Part shown: piece by piece, positions 62,839 through 64,000 of the stretch
Numbering within the stretch: position 1 is the first letter of the stretch
How the letters are laid out: each line of letters starts with the position of its first letter
IMG/VR virus record: IMGVR_UViG_3300031227_000013
Strand: one strand, 5' to 3'
From: a virus
Length of the DNA: 64,000 bases
Program-made: the position numbers and the translations under genes
Notes under the pieces: generated by a model
What the model was told of the DNA's origin: nothing
The model's database searches: none
The model's input: the letters and a program-made list of their open reading frames with translations, nothing else

Positions 62839-64000
62839 CTACCCCTCCTGACTAGTACTAAGTTCTTTGTCTTTAAACTTAAGAATCTTTAACAGATTCT
62901 TAGCGAATATCTTCAGACCTTTCAGAGCTGTATAATTATCTACATAATCTCTGAACGATGAAGCCCTTCCGTCATACATCTCAAACATCAGAGCAGGACA
63001 TGTCATGCTTTTAACTATCATAGCGTATTCTTTACGCCCCAGCTTATTATTAAGATCTTCCTGTATGTACAACGTGTCATTATTTATCCTTAACAAGTAC
63101 TCGTCGTACACTTTCTTAAGAGGATTAAACAAGGGCATGAACTCAGGAAAATAAGAAAGAAATTCCTGTTCCTCCCCTAGAATAATCAACTGCAGGATAC
63201 ATCTCATACTGGCTCCCCCATGGTCTTTCATATGGGCTATTGCCACATGTGCTGGATTCTTGACTTTAAGCCGGGCGAAATTACCCTGCTCTCTCTTGTT
63301 GTAATTGACGACTACAAAACCTTCCTCTGTAGCTTCCATATCTTTATGCATCTGCAGTAACTCTTCAATGTTATCGAAGTTGTATAACTTGGGAAGCTTG
63401 ACAGTCGGTATATTAAGTCTACCATATTCTGACTGTATTTCCCTGTATTCAGACTCCTCGAAAGAAGATGCATCCCGCATGCCTAATAGATATAGTGTGT
63501 CTTCTTCGTACACCCGAACTACTTTGTTGTCCAGAGAAACCAGTTCGAATATATAGATGTATTCTTTGTTAAATCTATCGTAATACTTTGTATCCCTCAG
63601 AGTTCTTTCAAACAGGCTCTTAAAGGTTATATCATTAAACATCACCTGTCCTCTGCCTTCAATGCTGGAACGAGTCGACATATACCATCTGTCATGTCTA
63701 TGGAATAACGATATTATAGACCCATCTATCTTCTCCTGAGCTACAGCCCCGTTAAAATTAAAGCTGTCTGTTATCTCCAGCATCTCACCCTTATTAAAGA
63801 ATCTCCGGAATGCCATAGACACCAGATCCCATGTATCCTGTTCCAGTATCAGAGACCGGCACTCCTGTACTATAGTATTTGATTTAACGGAATTTATTTG
63901 AGAATAATTTAATATTATCATATCTTCATAGAGACCGAACTTAATCCCCAACTCCTCTTTTAACTCCTCCGGCGTTTTACCGCTACGAAGGTACTTCTGT
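62839..64000 (-). CDS. T4 Rnl1-like RNA ligase (5' end outside the window)
   Basis: QEKIDGS (KxDG adenylation motif), YIFELVS, EGFVVV, RLKVKNP; frame stays open to the window edge (QKYLRSGKTPEELKEEL). Confidence 0.85.
   Translation of the reverse strand, partial: QKYLRSGKTPEELKEELGIKFGLYEDMIILNYSQINSVKSNTIVQECRSLILEQDTWDLVSMAFRRFFNKGEMLEITDSFNFNGAVAQEKIDGSIISLFHRHDRWYMSTRSSIEGRGQVMFNDITFKSLFERTLRDTKYYDRFNKEYIYIFELVSLDNKVVRVYEEDTLYLLGMRDASSFEESEYREIQSEYGRLNIPTVKLPKLYNFDNIEELLQMHKDMEATEEGFVVVNYNKREQGNFARLKVKNPAHVAIAHMKDHGGASMRCILQLIILGEEQEFLSYFPEFMPLFNPLKKVYDEYLLRINNDTLYIQEDLNNKLGRKEYAMIVKSMTCPALMFEMYDGRASSFRDYVDNYTALKGLKIFAKNLLKILKFKDKELSTSQEG

Noticed and set aside
377-63556. Plus-strand ORFs in the six-frame track generally
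   Set aside because: All lie antisense to longer, RBS-supported, tightly coupled minus-strand genes and show no recognisable domains

Overview
This window looks like a segment of a large (jumbo-type) tailed dsDNA phage genome. Every credible gene is on the minus strand. (1) 1-34 kb is a head/virion module. It holds a putative prohead protease, a scaffold-like protein, a putative portal and a bacterial-like multisubunit RNA polymerase, encoded as a beta/beta'-N fusion plus a separate beta'-C gene and carrying three inteins. About 14 otherwise unrelated proteins here share an N-terminal M[ND]KxA[YF]YxGYM..KxA leader that resembles a capsid-targeting, cleavable tag. Two promoter/terminator-bounded accessory cassettes interrupt this module. 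(2) 34-49.7 kb is a tandem array of about 46 paralogous ~65-80 aa genes (YNxxxQxIx[HY][KR]GQLxxGD ... GxGW) with hypervariable middles, mosaic copies and frameshifted copies; two more copies lie at 12.2-13.0 kb. (3) 49.7-64 kb is an early/metabolic region with several promoter-terminator units that appear to encode structured ncRNAs, NAD salvage genes (Nampt and NMNAT-Nudix) split by an HNH gene, a dCMP deaminase, two atypical tRNA-like genes, a PurA-like/vWA pair, a radical SAM protein and an Rnl1-type RNA ligase. A conserved promoter (CTTAAT-N17-CA[TG]WAT) occurs 7 times and a palindromic site (core TCTACCATGGTAGA) occurs 4 times. Family assignments come from motif recognition by eye, not from database searches.
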